From Spirochaetaceae bacterium (GTDB taxonomy: Bacteria > Spirochaetota > Spirochaetia > DSM-2461), in contig JAOPTT010000003.1 of NCBI GenBank assembly GCA_051531975.1, positions 96,001-160,000 on the forward strand: a DNA stretch of 64,000 bases. The letters are read 5' to 3'. Below, piece after piece: positions 19,835 to 31,608 of the stretch. A program made the translations under genes and the position numbers. The notes under the pieces were generated by a model. The model saw nothing but the letters and a program-made list of their open reading frames with translations. It ran no database searches and had not been told where the DNA came from. The stretch's first letter is position 1. The number at the start of each line of letters is the position of its first letter.

Positions 19835-21124
19835 GTGGTAGAGAGAAAAATAATTAATGTAGATGATAGTGCACCACTAATTTCTAAAAAAAAGAAAAAA
19901 CAGGCTGCAGTAACATTTGCTAGTGTTATAGCTATAGTCATTATAGTAGTAGTAGTTATCTTATTAACAACAGCAGATAAAATCCAAAAAGTTGGAAACT
20001 TCAGTATTACTAAAGTAATATCTGGCCCATTAACAACATCCACAGAAGCTAGTGGTTCAGTTGTATTACCAACCCAGGTATCTATAGTTTCTATGGAGAC
20101 AGGTTATGTATCAAAACTTTTTGTTGAAGTTGGAGATTCCGTAACAAGTTCTACAATTTTAGCAACTCTAAATATTCCTGAATTAGAGCAGGATCTAGTT
20201 GATCTTCAGAATGATATAGAGACAAAAGAGATAAGTTTAGAACAGACTTTATTAAGCCATGAATATGCTATTAAAGAGCTAACCATTGATCTTAAAAGAT
20301 TAGAAAAAGATATTACAGATTCTAAAGCCGATCTAGTTAAAGTCGAAGAGTTAAAGAACCTTAAAAGTTCTAGAGAGTCTGATTACGATGACGCCATAGA
20401 TAATTTAGAAGATTTAAATAATCAGAAAGAGGACCTTCTATTAGATCTTGAAAAAGAGAATAGACAGGGTGCTTTAAGTATTAGAAGTAAAGAAGCTGAG
20501 CTATCTCAGTTAAAAACTAATTTAAGTCGTGTAGAATCTGATCTTGCAGATGCAAATATTAAAAGTCCAATTAGTGGAGATGTTATTAGTATAGACCAGA
20601 AGTTATTTGTACCAGGTAGTAGAGTGACTCAAAGTACAGAACTTTTTACAGTTGCTAATACTAGTGACGTATATATAGATTTAGAAGTTTACGAAGAACA
20701 CCGAACAGTTTTAGAAGTTGGTGGAATAATGGAAATATTAATAAGTTCCAACATTATAGAGGCTGAAATACTTCAGATTGGTAGTGTTGCAAGTTTATCC
20801 TCAGACTCTTTAGCTGCCACAATTACTGTAAGGGCTAAACCTATCCAGGATGTTGATTTAACAAGTGGAGCATCAGCTGTTGCAACAATTCCATTAGGAA
20901 CAAAAGAGGATGCCCTTATTTTACCTAGAGGGTCATATTTAACTACTGGTAATCAAAAATATGTCTATATAGTAGATGGTGATATGGCATATAAAACAGA
21001 GGTTACATACGGAACGATAGACGGTACTGAAGTAGAGATAATAAGTGGATTAGAGGCTGGTGATAAAATTATAATTAGTAGTTACCAGAGTTTTATAGAC
21101 CAGGAAACAATAGAGTTAAAGTAG
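19835..21124 (+). CDS. Efflux RND/MacA-type periplasmic adaptor subunit
   Basis: N-terminal TM, lipoyl halves, long coiled coil, IKSPISG, VEIISGLEAGD. GTG start behind GGAGG. Confidence 0.88.
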   Translation: MVERKIINVDDSAPLISKKKKKQAAVTFASVIAIVIIVVVVILLTTADKIQKVGNFSITKVISGPLTTSTEASGSVVLPTQVSIVSMETGYVSKLFVEVGDSVTSSTILATLNIPELEQDLVDLQNDIETKEISLEQTLLSHEYAIKELTIDLKRLEKDITDSKADLVKVEELKNLKSSRESDYDDAIDNLEDLNNQKEDLLLDLEKENRQGALSIRSKEAELSQLKTNLSRVESDLADANIKSPISGDVISIDQKLFVPGSRVTQSTELFTVANTSDVYIDLEVYEEHRTVLEVGGIMEILISSNIIEAEILQIGSVASLSSDSLAATITVRAKPIQDVDLTSGASAVATIPLGTKEDALILPRGSYLTTGNQKYVYIVDGDMAYKTEVTYGTIDGTEVEIISGLEAGDKIIISSYQSFIDQETIELK

Positions 21125-21132
21125 GAGATAAT

Positions 21133-21822
21133 ATGATTACATTAAAAAACATTAATAAGATTTACGACCTTGGAGAAGTTAAGGTTGAAGCATTAAAAAG
21201 TATAGATTTAACAATAAATAGAGGTGAATATGTATCAATAATGGGACCTTCCGGTTCAGGGAAATCAACATTAATGCATATTATGGGTATATTAGATTCC
21301 CCATCTAGTGGTCAGTATTTATTAGAGGATTACGATATAACTTCGCTACCAGATAGAGAGTTAGCCCGAATTAGAAATAAACACTTTGGTTTTATATTCC
21401 AAAGTTTTAATCTATTCCCAGAACTAAGTGCCTTGGAAAATGTAATGTTACCACTTAGTTATGCAGGAATACCCCATAAACAGAGAAAGGCAAGAGCTCA
21501 GGAAGTATTAGCTGAAGTTGGACTTTCCCACCGAATGCAACATTTACCAACTATGATGAGTGGTGGTGAGCAACAGAGAGTTGCTGTAGCTAGAGCTCTA
21601 TCTGGAGATCCTGATCTAATATTAGCCGATGAACCAACAGGTAATCTTCCTTCCGACAGAGGCCATGAAATTATGGATATGTTAGAGGACTTAAATAAAA
21701 AGGGTGTAACAATTGTAATGGTTACACATAGTGACGAACAAGGTGCTAGAGCAAAGAGAAAGATATCAATTAGAGATGGTATTTTACATAGCGATGAACT
21801 ATATAAAGGGGGACCTCTATAA
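21133..21822 (+). CDS. ABC transporter ATP-binding protein (MacB/LolD type)
   Basis: GPSGSGKST, MSGGEQQRVAVARAL, LILADEPTGNL. Confidence 0.95.
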   Translation: MITLKNINKIYDLGEVKVEALKSIDLTINRGEYVSIMGPSGSGKSTLMHIMGILDSPSSGQYLLEDYDITSLPDRELARIRNKHFGFIFQSFNLFPELSALENVMLPLSYAGIPHKQRKARAQEVLAEVGLSHRMQHLPTMMSGGEQQRVAVARALSGDPDLILADEPTGNLPSDRGHEIMDMLEDLNKKGVTIVMVTHSDEQGARAKRKISIRDGILHSDELYKGGPL

Positions 21823-23177
21823 TGACCAACGAACCTAATTTAATAATGAAGAGAAGGTTTACTGGTCGGATATTAGAGTCAGGTCTTCTGATTATTGCAG
21901 TGGCGCTAGGTGTTGGAGCTGCAGCATCAGGGTTATCCCTTCTTTTTCATACAAACGAGTACAGTAAAAAACTTTTAGCATCCCCGGAATATAGAGAAGT
22001 TGTTGTAACTACACGGGCAGATATGGAGGATATGGAGTTCCCCGTAATTGAGAAAATCTCTGAAAAAGAGGTTAGACTTGGAACCCAGGACTTAAAAGCT
22101 GGAGAACTTATGCCTAGTATCTCCTTCTCATATATTACAGCTGGATCAAGAATTGGTTTTATGACTACAGAGGTTCTAGAATCTAAGAATGTACCCCAAA
22201 GAGGCCCAGGCAGAAATAGGGATAATGAAGATAATAAAGATGAAGTAAGTGATTTTGAGAAGATGGTTGAAACATTTGAAAAAGCTGCCGACAGCCCAGA
22301 TTATATAATTCCAGAAGTTGAAGAAATTAGTGGATATCAGGTATCGTCACAATTTTTTAATGCTATGGATATGGATACGTCCTACGGTAGTTTTTTCACT
22401 TCTAAGGACTATACAACTAATAATAACTTCATAATTCTAGGATCAGAAATTGCAGAATTATTAGCAGGCAGTAAATATGAATTATCTGAACTAACTGGAA
22501 AAAAAATAATCTCCTGGGAAAGTTTATATACAGTAATTGGTATTTTACAGCCCACTGGTACCGATATGGACGACCAATTCTACTCTCCAGTAAAACAGTT
22601 AACAGAGAATGGTAGATTTAGAGGCAGAGGAATGGGTAGTTCAAACCTTAGATACTCTGTAACTAATGTAGAAGATCTAGATAATACTGTTACAATGTTA
22701 ACCCAGTGGTTTGATACAGCATATGGTGTTGGTCAGGTATCAATATCCAACCCTAGAGCAGAAGCTACCAGACTAGTTAGTAGAAATAGAGGAATTAGTA
22801 TTTTAATACTATTTCTAAGTTTAGCAGGACTTTTTATAGCATCTGTAAATGTATCAAATATATTAATGAGTAGATCACTACGAATGAAAAAACATGTAGG
22901 TATTTTAAAAGCCCTAGGTGCATCTAAAAAGAGCATTATCAAACTTTTTGCTACAGAGGCACTAATAATTACTTTAATTGGTTCAATATTAGGAGCAGGT
23001 TTAGCAATTCCACTATCTATGGCTATGGAAAGCTCTTTAGGATTAGGTGATGTATCTTGGTTATACATTTTAATCGGAGTAGTTTTATCATCCATATTAA
23101 CACTACTGTTTTCAGTTATTCCAGCTAGACAAAACTCTGGAATAGAGGCAGCCACAGCCATGAGAAGTGCAGGTTAA
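21822..23177 (+). CDS. ABC transporter permease (MacB/FtsX type)
   Basis: TM, large periplasmic domain, then 3 TM; VGILKALGAS motif. Confidence 0.88.
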   Translation: MTNEPNLIMKRRFTGRILESGLLIIAVALGVGAAASGLSLLFHTNEYSKKLLASPEYREVVVTTRADMEDMEFPVIEKISEKEVRLGTQDLKAGELMPSISFSYITAGSRIGFMTTEVLESKNVPQRGPGRNRDNEDNKDEVSDFEKMVETFEKAADSPDYIIPEVEEISGYQVSSQFFNAMDMDTSYGSFFTSKDYTTNNNFIILGSEIAELLAGSKYELSELTGKKIISWESLYTVIGILQPTGTDMDDQFYSPVKQLTENGRFRGRGMGSSNLRYSVTNVEDLDNTVTMLTQWFDTAYGVGQVSISNPRAEATRLVSRNRGISILILFLSLAGLFIASVNVSNILMSRSLRMKKHVGILKALGASKKSIIKLFATEALIITLIGSILGAGLAIPLSMAMESSLGLGDVSWLYILIGVVLSSILTLLFSVIPARQNSGIEAATAMRSAG

Positions 23178-23187
23178 GGAGAGAGAT

Positions 23188-24489
23188 ATGAAAAAATTAT
23201 TAACAACATTATTAAGACATTGGATTAAAACTCCAGTTAAAATATCCCTAACCCTATTAGCAGTAGCTCTAGGAACTGGGATTCTGATTTTATCCTTTAG
23301 TGCAGGGCAAATTATAGAGAATGAAATAGTATCTTTAATGAATAAAGATGGAATAGTTTTACAGGTAGTAAATGGAGTTTGGGGTGAAGATGGAGAGATG
23401 GAAAATCAACGTCCTACAGAGTGGAAAAAAAATATAATAGATAATCTAAAATCGGATGGAACATTAATTAAAGAAGCAGCCATGATCTTTCACTTTCCTA
23501 TTCCATATATTAGTACAAACGGAAAACCTTACCAAATTAGAAACATTATGGGTAGTGATCCATCTTATCTAGATGTATTTTCGCTGGATATTGTAGCAGG
23601 GAGCAGAATGACACAGCAGGATTTTGATTCAGGGCTTCCTAAAGTTTGGATTTCTGAAGAGATGGCAAACATGTTATATGGATCTGCTGATAAAGCTATT
23701 GGTCAAAAAATATCTCCACCTGGTCGTACCCAGAGAAATGGGAAACAGGCTGATTTTTTAATATCACAATTTAGTGTAGCAGGGGTTTATGAAACACCAT
23801 CTGAAGTTGCTAGAAGAGCATATGGAATTGCCGATGCACTATTTCCTGTAACATCTATTATGCCTACAAATAAAAAAGGTGCCGGTGTTCTAAACTGGTT
23901 ATCAGCACGGTTAGTAGTAAAAAGTAGCTCTACTTCAGTGGAAAAGTCTACAGCGGAAATAAACCAGATTGTAGAAAATTCATATGGAACTGAGACCCAG
24001 GTAACAGTGTGGGAAGGTGACCCTAGTGGTGAGTCAAACTACATGAATGAGTTAAGACAGACAATAGCTATTTTTACAGTATCTATTAAAATATTAGGTA
24101 TAGTTCTGTTACTGACCAGTTCCTTAGGGATCTTTAGTATTATGGTTGTTGAAGCCTTAGGTAGAAAAAAAGAGATCGCAATAGAGAGAGCTTTAGGAGC
24201 ATCTAAACTTAGAGTTGTTTTTGAGTTCTGGCAGTGGTCCTTAATGTTAAGTTTATTAGGAGCAATATTAGGTGTAATTTTAGCCTTTGTTATTGCAGAG
24301 CCCGTTCTAGGAACTATGACACCTCTATTAACAGAGTTAACTGATAACATAGACATGGGAATTAAGGTTAAACCTATGGCATTAATTTCAGGTGTACTTT
24401 TAGCATTAGGTTGTGGTGGAATATTAGGTGTACTTCCTGCCTTTTCGGCAACAAAAGGTGACATCTCCGATACATTAAGGGACGCATAA
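23188..24489 (+). CDS. ABC transporter permease (MacB/FtsX type)
   Basis: Same topology, RKKEIAIERALGAS. ATG 23188 behind AAGGAG. Confidence 0.88.
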   Translation: MKKLLTTLLRHWIKTPVKISLTLLAVALGTGILILSFSAGQIIENEIVSLMNKDGIVLQVVNGVWGEDGEMENQRPTEWKKNIIDNLKSDGTLIKEAAMIFHFPIPYISTNGKPYQIRNIMGSDPSYLDVFSLDIVAGSRMTQQDFDSGLPKVWISEEMANMLYGSADKAIGQKISPPGRTQRNGKQADFLISQFSVAGVYETPSEVARRAYGIADALFPVTSIMPTNKKGAGVLNWLSARLVVKSSSTSVEKSTAEINQIVENSYGTETQVTVWEGDPSGESNYMNELRQTIAIFTVSIKILGIVLLLTSSLGIFSIMVVEALGRKKEIAIERALGASKLRVVFEFWQWSLMLSLLGAILGVILAFVIAEPVLGTMTPLLTELTDNIDMGIKVKPMALISGVLLALGCGGILGVLPAFSATKGDISDTLRDA

Positions 24490-25769
24490 TGATAAAAAAA
24501 TTATTGATATCTATACTGTTTATATTGTTTTCATCATCACTATTTTCTATTACAGAAATAAGCAGTATAGAGCAGATACAACAGTTTGCAATAGAGAGCA
24601 GTATTGAGTATAAAAACAGTCAATTAAACTTAGAGGAAGCAGAGGAGGATGTTAAGGGGATACTTCTATTAGACTCAACATCCTTATCTGTAAGAACCTC
24701 AAACAGTGACCTTGAAAATGGTGATTGGGGTCTGACTACATCCATTGAGATTCCAATAGTTGAACAGTTATCAATTACAGGAGATATAGATGAGGACCTC
24801 TCTGGCTCTATAGGGCTTAGTATTAATCCTTTAGCCCACTCTGAAACTGTAGTAAGGTCAGAAGTATCATATAAAACAGCTTTTATTGAAGTAGAAACAG
24901 CCTATCTTGAAGCCCAAAACGAGGCTGTTTCTGCAAGTTTAAACTGGATGATAGTTAGACAAAACATGAAAATACAAAACAAAAGAGTAGACTTAAATTT
25001 ACTGCTATATAACGATGATAAAGATAGATATCAACTTGGGGATATTACTTTAGATCAACTTCAAGATAGTTTAGTAACGTGGTCTGAATCCAGGAAAGAA
25101 CTATTAGAAATAAACCAGAGTTATAAACAAGCAGAGAAGAGTTTATATAGTAGCCTTGGTGTAAATTCAACAGAAGTGAAACTAAATATTTTAACTATAG
25201 CTAACATTGAAGAGTCACTTAAAAAACTTAAAGCAGACATTGATATAAATCAGGGTAATTTCTTAAAAAGCAGTAGTTATAGATTGTCAAATTATTCTGT
25301 AGAAAGTGCAAAAGAAAACTTTAATAAAACTTGGGTTTATGAACCTAGTCTGTCTGCAGATTTAGGAATGACCTATAGTGCAGAAGATTCCGAGACCTCA
25401 GTTTTTAATGCTTCTATTAACTTCTCCATAACTCTAGATGACTTTCAAAGTAAAAAAAGAGACAGAGCTGAAGAGTCTTATAAGTTATCAGTTAGAGAGA
25501 TGGAACTAAAGAGAAACGAGGCAGAACTGGACTTTAATCAGGCATTAGAAGAGCTTGAAAGTAGTCTTATTAATAGTGAAATTTATAGGATTGAGTATGA
25601 TCAAGCACTGCTACTATTCTACGAAGGTGAACTACTATTTAAAGCAGGGGATTATTCTGAAGTTGAATTAGAACAGAGCCACATTTATTTAGAAGGAGCA
25701 AAAAATAGTCTCTTTAACTCCTTAGCCGATGAATATAAAGTCTGGATGGATTTTAGAAAGTATCTTTAA
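24489..25769 (+). CDS. TolC-family outer membrane protein
   Basis: Signal peptide, two helical repeats (RYQLGDIT / LFKAGDYS), last gene of the MacAB-type operon. Confidence 0.75.
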   Translation: MIKKLLISILFILFSSSLFSITEISSIEQIQQFAIESSIEYKNSQLNLEEAEEDVKGILLLDSTSLSVRTSNSDLENGDWGLTTSIEIPIVEQLSITGDIDEDLSGSIGLSINPLAHSETVVRSEVSYKTAFIEVETAYLEAQNEAVSASLNWMIVRQNMKIQNKRVDLNLLLYNDDKDRYQLGDITLDQLQDSLVTWSESRKELLEINQSYKQAEKSLYSSLGVNSTEVKLNILTIANIEESLKKLKADIDINQGNFLKSSSYRLSNYSVESAKENFNKTWVYEPSLSADLGMTYSAEDSETSVFNASINFSITLDDFQSKKRDRAEESYKLSVREMELKRNEAELDFNQALEELESSLINSEIYRIEYDQALLLFYEGELLFKAGDYSEVELEQSHIYLEGAKNSLFNSLADEYKVWMDFRKYL

Positions 25770-25839
25770 TATACAAACTATTAACATTATTACACATTCT
25801 AGCTTATATTTATAAAATAAGCATTGTAATAAGGTATAA

Positions 25840-28800
25840 ATGGAAAAGAAAAAAAGGCGACGAATTGCAGTTATCTCAGCGTTTATATCCGGGTATTATC
25901 TCGGTGAAATTGTGGATAACTTAAGGTTACAATCAATAGAACATGACTTTGATTTAATTGCAATTGAGACTCGTAGTTTCAAAACTTATGAATTAACAGT
26001 TGCATTAGGTAATGTTGATGGTGTTATAATAATTATTGACTCAATTTCATCAAAATTAGCAAATGAGATCGCATCTAATAATATACCTGTAATATCCATA
26101 GGGTATGACTATTTCCCAGCAAAAATTGAGACTGTGCAAATCGATAATATTAATGGGATGATTCAGATATTAGATCATTTAGTAGATCTGGGGCATAAAA
26201 AAATAGGCTTTGCAGGGGATGTGAGTGTTCATGACTTTAGTTTGAGATATCAAGCCTATAAAAAATATATTCAGGAGCATAACTTAAGTTTAGAACAATC
26301 CATGATTTTTGATGTAACAGGAAATGATCAACAAGGTGGAACAAAAATCGCAGAAGAGTTTATATCAAGAAATAGACCATGTACAGCAATGGTATTTGCG
26401 ACTGATATTACAGCTGCTGGATTTCATAAGAAGATGCTTGCATCAAACATTAAAATTCCAGAAGATGTAGCAATTGCAGGATTTGATAATGCGATTATAG
26501 CAGCAATGTGTATTCCACAAATAACAACTATAGATCAGAATTTACCCCATCTATCAAAATATGTAGTAAAAAGGATTCTAGAAAAAATAGATGGGGCTCC
26601 ATTTTTTAAAGCTGTAAACCTTCCATGTACAATACTAAAAAGAAGTTCAACAACAGGTGAAAAAAACTTTTTACCTGTTGTTGAATTAAAAGATAAAGAC
26701 AGCACTTCACTTAAAATAATGGAAGGAATTGTGTCTAACAATTTTGAATCAATGAAAGCAATTATATTAAACAATAATGATGGTGGTAATATAGTTAATG
26801 CATTTGGTTCATTTTTTAAATTTGCCTGCGTTGCGAAATGGAAGGATCCTAATAAACCAGAAACATTAATTATAGATAACTTGATAAATGATTTTTCCAA
26901 CAATCAGCAAGAATATAAACTTGGAGATGAAATAGCTAAAAAAGAGTTTCCCTTTGATCATTTATTCAACATAAATAGTAAAAATCATATAGTATCGGTG
27001 TTCCCATTAATGTTTAAACATAGACTATGGGGAATATTTGCAATATCGGGAGAAGCAGACAATAATGACCTCTATTCCAGCTATCAAATATTTGCAAATC
27101 ATATGGAAGTATTGGTAAGTATAATGGAAAAAGAGAAGCTCTTGGATATGGTTGTCCAAAAGGAAGAGCATCATAAAACATTAACTGACGAATTGAAAGT
27201 AATTTCAAATAATAGCACCGATGGTGTTTGGATATGGGATTGTAAGAAAAACATATTTGAGTGGAACATAAAAGCACTGAATATGATTGGATATCAAAAT
27301 GAGATAGATTTAAAGTCCACAAAAAATATACCTATTTATGAGATGGCTCATATAGAAGATATGTATAAAGTTAAAAATGAGTTCCAATCTCTTCTAAAAA
27401 ATAAACAAAAATCCAGTATAGAGTTTAGAATTTCTAATAAATCTAACAATTTTATCTGGATTAAATCGAAAGCAGAAACAATATTTGATGAAGAGGGTCA
27501 GCCTTCAAGAATAATCGGAACTATTACCGATCTCTCTGAAAGACATGAACACATAAACAAAATAAAATATATGTCATTATACGATGAACTAACAGGGCTT
27601 CCTAATAGAGCAAATATGAGGTTAGAACTTGATAAGATAATATCTTTAAATAACGATCAAGTTCTTGCTGTTTTACTTTTGGATTTAGATAGGTTTAAAC
27701 TTCTAAACGATAGTCATGGCCATATAGCAGGAGATAGATTATTAATCCATATTTCAAAGATAATTAGTGCAGAACTAAGAAGTGTAGATCTGCTTTATAG
27801 AATTGGAGGGGATGAATTTGTTATTATATGCCCAATCCAAACAGGGAAAGAAGCTTTAACAATTGCAGATCGAGTATTAGAGAGTATACGTACACCATAT
27901 ATTGATGAAACAGGTTTTGAATTTCATCTCTCAAGTAGTATTGGAATTGCTCAATATCCAAACCATGGAAAGAATACACAACAACTAATTAAGAATGCGG
28001 ATATCGCTATGTATCAGGCTAAAAAAGTTGGAAAAAACTGTATTATTCAATTTAAAGATGATATGGCTAATACTTTTCAAGGAAAGTTTGATATGGAGAG
28101 ACTGCTAAGGAAAGCATTAAAAAACAGAGAGTTTAATATTTTCATACAACCGCAATTTAATATAGAGAGCAGTAAACTTGTTGGTGGAGAAGTTTTAATT
28201 AGATGGTTTTCTGCAGAATTAGGACAAATTTCTCCTGTAGAGTTTATACCTATAGCAGAAGAGACAGATTTAATAATACCAATAGGTGCATGGGTATTAA
28301 ATGAAAGTTGCAAGTTAATAAAAAGGTTTAAAGAGGACTATAGTTTTAATATTGATCTGTCTATTAATGTAAGTCCAGCACAAATCCTTAGAAGTGATTT
28401 TGTAAAAATTATAAAAGCCTCAATAAAAAATAATGATATAGATCCTCATAACATTTGTATTGAAGTAACAGAGAGTATGGCTATCAATAACATTGAACAT
28501 ACGATCTTGGTTATTAATGAATTAAAGAAAATTGGTATTCAAATATCTTTAGATGATTTTGGTACAGGTTATTCATCTCTATCAGTATTAAAAGAGCTAC
28601 CTTTAGATGAGTTAAAAATAGATAAATCTTTCTTACCAGAAAATGACAAAGAGGGCAAAGAATGGGCAATAATTCAATCCATAATTACGATGGGTCATGC
28701 CCTAGGGATTAGAATAGTTACTGAAGGAGTAGAAAATATTCAGCAACTTAATGTTTTAAAATCTATGGGTTGTGATATAGCACAAGGTTTCTATTTGGGA

Positions 28801-28848
28801 AAACCACAACCTGTTGAAGACTTTATAAAGCTTTTAAACCTAAATTAA
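25840..28848 (+). CDS. LacI-type sugar-binding / PAS / GGDEF / EAL c-di-GMP turnover protein
   Basis: [12 protein letters not shown] and [12 protein letters not shown] (LacI effector fold without HTH), PAS (DGVWIWD), [23 protein letters not shown]. Confidence 0.9.
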   Translation: MEKKKRRRIAVISAFISGYYLGEIVDNLRLQSIEHDFDLIAIETRSFKTYELTVALGNVDGVIIIIDSISSKLANEIASNNIPVISIGYDYFPAKIETVQIDNINGMIQILDHLVDLGHKKIGFAGDVSVHDFSLRYQAYKKYIQEHNLSLEQSMIFDVTGNDQQGGTKIAEEFISRNRPCTAMVFATDITAAGFHKKMLASNIKIPEDVAIAGFDNAIIAAMCIPQITTIDQNLPHLSKYVVKRILEKIDGAPFFKAVNLPCTILKRSSTTGEKNFLPVVELKDKDSTSLKIMEGIVSNNFESMKAIILNNNDGGNIVNAFGSFFKFACVAKWKDPNKPETLIIDNLINDFSNNQQEYKLGDEIAKKEFPFDHLFNINSKNHIVSVFPLMFKHRLWGIFAISGEADNNDLYSSYQIFANHMEVLVSIMEKEKLLDMVVQKEEHHKTLTDELKVISNNSTDGVWIWDCKKNIFEWNIKALNMIGYQNEIDLKSTKNIPIYEMAHIEDMYKVKNEFQSLLKNKQKSSIEFRISNKSNNFIWIKSKAETIFDEEGQPSRIIGTITDLSERHEHINKIKYMSLYDELTGLPNRANMRLELDKIISLNNDQVLAVLLLDLDRFKLLNDSHGHIAGDRLLIHISKIISAELRSVDLLYRIGGDEFVIICPIQTGKEALTIADRVLESIRTPYIDETGFEFHLSSSIGIAQYPNHGKNTQQLIKNADIAMYQAKKVGKNCIIQFKDDMANTFQGKFDMERLLRKALKNREFNIFIQPQFNIESSKLVGGEVLIRWFSAELGQISPVEFIPIAEETDLIIPIGAWVLNESCKLIKRFKEDYSFNIDLSINVSPAQILRSDFVKIIKASIKNNDIDPHNICIEVTESMAINNIEHTILVINELKKIGIQISLDDFGTGYSSLSVLKELPLDELKIDKSFLPENDKEGKEWAIIQSIITMGHALGIRIVTEGVENIQQLNVLKSMGCDIAQGFYLGKPQPVEDFIKLLNLN

Positions 28849-29078
28849 AGAGTTTTACCTCTAGTTTCTATATACAACTTCTCAACTTTATTTCTAGCCC
28901 AAGCTGTTCTTCTTAAAAATTTCAGACTTGATTTTACAGAAGGGTCTAAATTAAAACAGTTAATTTTAATCATGGATCCTAACTCTTCCCAACCATAATA
29001 ATCTACTAAAAATGTAACTATATCTTGTAATTTAATGCCATGTAGCATGTCTTTTGAATGATCGTTTTCTGTTAACAT
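28845..29078 (-). CDS. VF530/DUF2132-family small DNA-binding protein
   Basis: LHGIKL...[11 protein letters not shown]...[26 protein letters not shown]. Confidence 0.88.
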   Translation of the reverse strand: MLTENDHSKDMLHGIKLQDIVTFLVDYYGWEELGSMIKINCFNLDPSVKSSLKFLRRTAWARNKVEKLYIETRGKTL

Positions 29079-29149
29079 ATCCCTAGTGTAGCAACCTTAT
29101 GAAACTAAATCTACTGGTTATTGGTTAGATTGAATATTATACTATGGAT

Positions 29150-29854
29150 ATGTTAGATGAATTAAAAGATATTTTATATAAGTTAGCCTCAGAAGAAAGG
29201 CGGATAAAATCAATTAGATATTTTAAAACAGCAAAAGGTGAATATGGAGAAGGTGATACTTTTATTGGTATAAAAATTCCCGATATAAGGAAAGCCATAA
29301 AACATTTTACATTTAAACTCTCATTAAAGGATATAGAACAGCTATTGCACTGCAAAGAGCATGAATTTCGGCTTGCTGCCCTTATAATAATGGTTAAAAG
29401 ATACCAAAAATTAGAAGATGAGAGGGAATTGGTAGTAGAGCTTTATATTTCTAATACAGACTATATTAATAATTGGGATTTAGTAGATTCGACCGCACAT
29501 TACATCTTAGGGCCATGGTTAGAAAGCAGAGATAGAACCCTGTTATATGAGTTTGCCAATACACATAATCTTTGGAAACAGCGAATTGCTATAATGTCTA
29601 CTTTTCACTATATAAAAAAGAACAGGGATTTTAAGGATGCACTGGCTATATCAGAAATATTATTAAACCATAAACATGACTTAATTCATAAAGCAGTTGG
29701 CTGGATGTTAAGAGAGATTGGTAATATTTCTATATCATCTGAAGAAGAATTTCTAAAAAAACACTATAAAAATATGCCAAGAACTATGTTGAGGTATGCA
29801 ATAGAAAAGTTCCCAGTCGATAAAAGACAGAACTATTTAAAAGGAACAATATAA
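29150..29854 (+). CDS. DNA alkylation repair protein (AlkD-like HEAT-repeat family)
   Basis: YFKTAKGEYGEGD, INNWDLVD, DLIHKAVGWMLRE, MPRTMLRYAIE. Start is 29144 or 29150. Confidence 0.88.
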   Translation: MLDELKDILYKLASEERRIKSIRYFKTAKGEYGEGDTFIGIKIPDIRKAIKHFTFKLSLKDIEQLLHCKEHEFRLAALIIMVKRYQKLEDERELVVELYISNTDYINNWDLVDSTAHYILGPWLESRDRTLLYEFANTHNLWKQRIAIMSTFHYIKKNRDFKDALAISEILLNHKHDLIHKAVGWMLREIGNISISSEEEFLKKHYKNMPRTMLRYAIEKFPVDKRQNYLKGTI

Positions 29855-29856
29855 GT

Positions 29857-30609
29857 ATGTATAATAAACAGCAATTAGAAGAAGCTATTAAACAACTAGG
29901 GATAAAACCGACTGATACTATTTTAATCCACTCTTCTATGAAGTCAATTGGAGATGTAGAGGGTGGTGCAGATACAGTTATAGATCTCTTTACAGAGTAT
30001 ATGAAACCCGGATTGTTAATTTTTCCTACCCACACCTGGAACATAGTAACAAAAAATGGGGATATATATGATCCTGAAACGACACCATCATGTATTGGCA
30101 TATTAACAAATATATTCAAAGAAAGACCAAATGTAATCAGATCTTTACACCCGACCCATTCTGTTGCAGCAATAGGAAAAAATGCACAACAATTTACATC
30201 AGGAGAAGAAAATGCAACAACACCTGCGCCCTGGGATGGATGCTGGGGGAAACTATATAGTTTAGATGCTAAAATTCTATTCTTAGGTTGTTCTTTAAAT
30301 AGAAATACTTTTATACACAGTGTGGAAGAGTGGTGTAATATTCCTAACAGATTATCAAAGGATACAATCGATATTAAAATAAAAGAGAAACCGGGTAACC
30401 TTTTAAATGTTAAAATGTTTACACATAAAGCACCTGTTGATGATATTTCAGCAAACTACGGAAAACTTAAAAAGACTCTATTAGAAAAAGGTATTGCAGA
30501 AAAGGGTTATATTGGTGATGCAGAATGTTATCTTTGCAATGTTAAAGAGATGGCAGATGTAACAAAAGAGATTTTAGAAGATAACCCAGATTTCTTTTTA
30601 TATAAGTGA
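29857..30609 (+). CDS. AAC(3)/YokD-family N-acetyltransferase
   Basis: ILIHSSMKSIG, RSLHPTHSVAAIG, NTFIHSVEE. Confidence 0.88.
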   Translation: MYNKQQLEEAIKQLGIKPTDTILIHSSMKSIGDVEGGADTVIDLFTEYMKPGLLIFPTHTWNIVTKNGDIYDPETTPSCIGILTNIFKERPNVIRSLHPTHSVAAIGKNAQQFTSGEENATTPAPWDGCWGKLYSLDAKILFLGCSLNRNTFIHSVEEWCNIPNRLSKDTIDIKIKEKPGNLLNVKMFTHKAPVDDISANYGKLKKTLLEKGIAEKGYIGDAECYLCNVKEMADVTKEILEDNPDFFLYK

Positions 30610-30619
30610 ATAAAATCAT

Positions 30620-31606
30620 TTAGCCAGTAGTTACAGAAGCGGAACTACCTTTAATAATTAACTCTGTATTTATGGTACTAACTTTAGCAGTACTTTTATC
30701 AGATAATATATCTAAGACTAATCTTCCTGCTGCTAAACCCATGGCACTACTTTGACTATCAATAGTTGTTATTAGAGGGTTAGAGCACTCTGAATATATA
30801 AGATTATTAAATCCTGTAACAGAGAAGTCTTTAGGTACATTAAAACCTTTTATTGTTAGTTGTTGTATTATTCCTAAAGCAACAATATCTTCATCGCATA
30901 TAATAGCTGTTGGTCTTTTTTGCAATTCCAAAATTTCATCAACGATTTTCAAACTGTTCTCTAAGCCTTTAACAGCCGGGATAATAGGTTGATCTTTAAC
31001 CTCATTTGTAAAACCTTTTAGCTTTCTTTTAGCACTATAACTGCTACTAGATTTTATATATACAAAGTTTTTATGCCCTAGACCCTTAAGATGTAAAACT
31101 AGCTGATTGATACCCTCGTTTTCATCGGATAGGATAGAGTAAATATTGTCACCTTTTAGGCTTTCATTAACTATTATTACTGGGATCTTTGATGATACAG
31201 TTTCTATGATCTCCTTAAGTTCTGAATATTTGAAAACAGAACCTACTAGAACTAGGACATCAATTTTTTTCTGCATTAATAGGGAGATATAGTTACGCTG
31301 AGTATCTGATTCTCCCCCAGTGTTACATAGAATGACATTATACTTAGAAAGACTAAGTTCTTGCTCCATAGAGTGAATAACAGAAGCGTAATATTCATCC
31401 CTAATATCGATAGTTAATATACCTATACTTTTAACTGAACTTCCAGATAGCCCCCTAGCAAAGGCGCTAGGAGTATAGTTCTCTTCTTCCATGAGTTTTA
31501 ATATTTTTAGTCGTGTTTTTTCACTAACCTTAGAGCTACTGTTTATAACTCTAGAAACTGTGGCAGTTGAAACACCAGCTTTTTTTGCTATCTCATAAAT
31601 GTTCAT
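30620..31606 (-). CDS. LacI-family transcriptional regulator of the uxa operon
   Basis: IYEIAKKAGVSTATVSRVIN HTH, VPKDFSVTGFN; last gene of uxaBAC. Confidence 0.93.
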   Translation of the reverse strand: MNIYEIAKKAGVSTATVSRVINSSSKVSEKTRLKILKLMEEENYTPSAFARGLSGSSVKSIGILTIDIRDEYYASVIHSMEQELSLSKYNVILCNTGGESDTQRNYISLLMQKKIDVLVLVGSVFKYSELKEIIETVSSKIPVIIVNESLKGDNIYSILSDENEGINQLVLHLKGLGHKNFVYIKSSSSYSAKRKLKGFTNEVKDQPIIPAVKGLENSLKIVDEILELQKRPTAIICDEDIVALGIIQQLTIKGFNVPKDFSVTGFNNLIYSECSNPLITTIDSQSSAMGLAAGRLVLDILSDKSTAKVSTINTELIIKGSSASVTTG

Positions 31607-31608
31607 TT

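Noticed and set aside
29857..30609. Aminoglycoside resistance gene
   Set aside because: AAC(3)/YokD-family membership alone does not show resistance, and the context is chromosomal with no mobility signs
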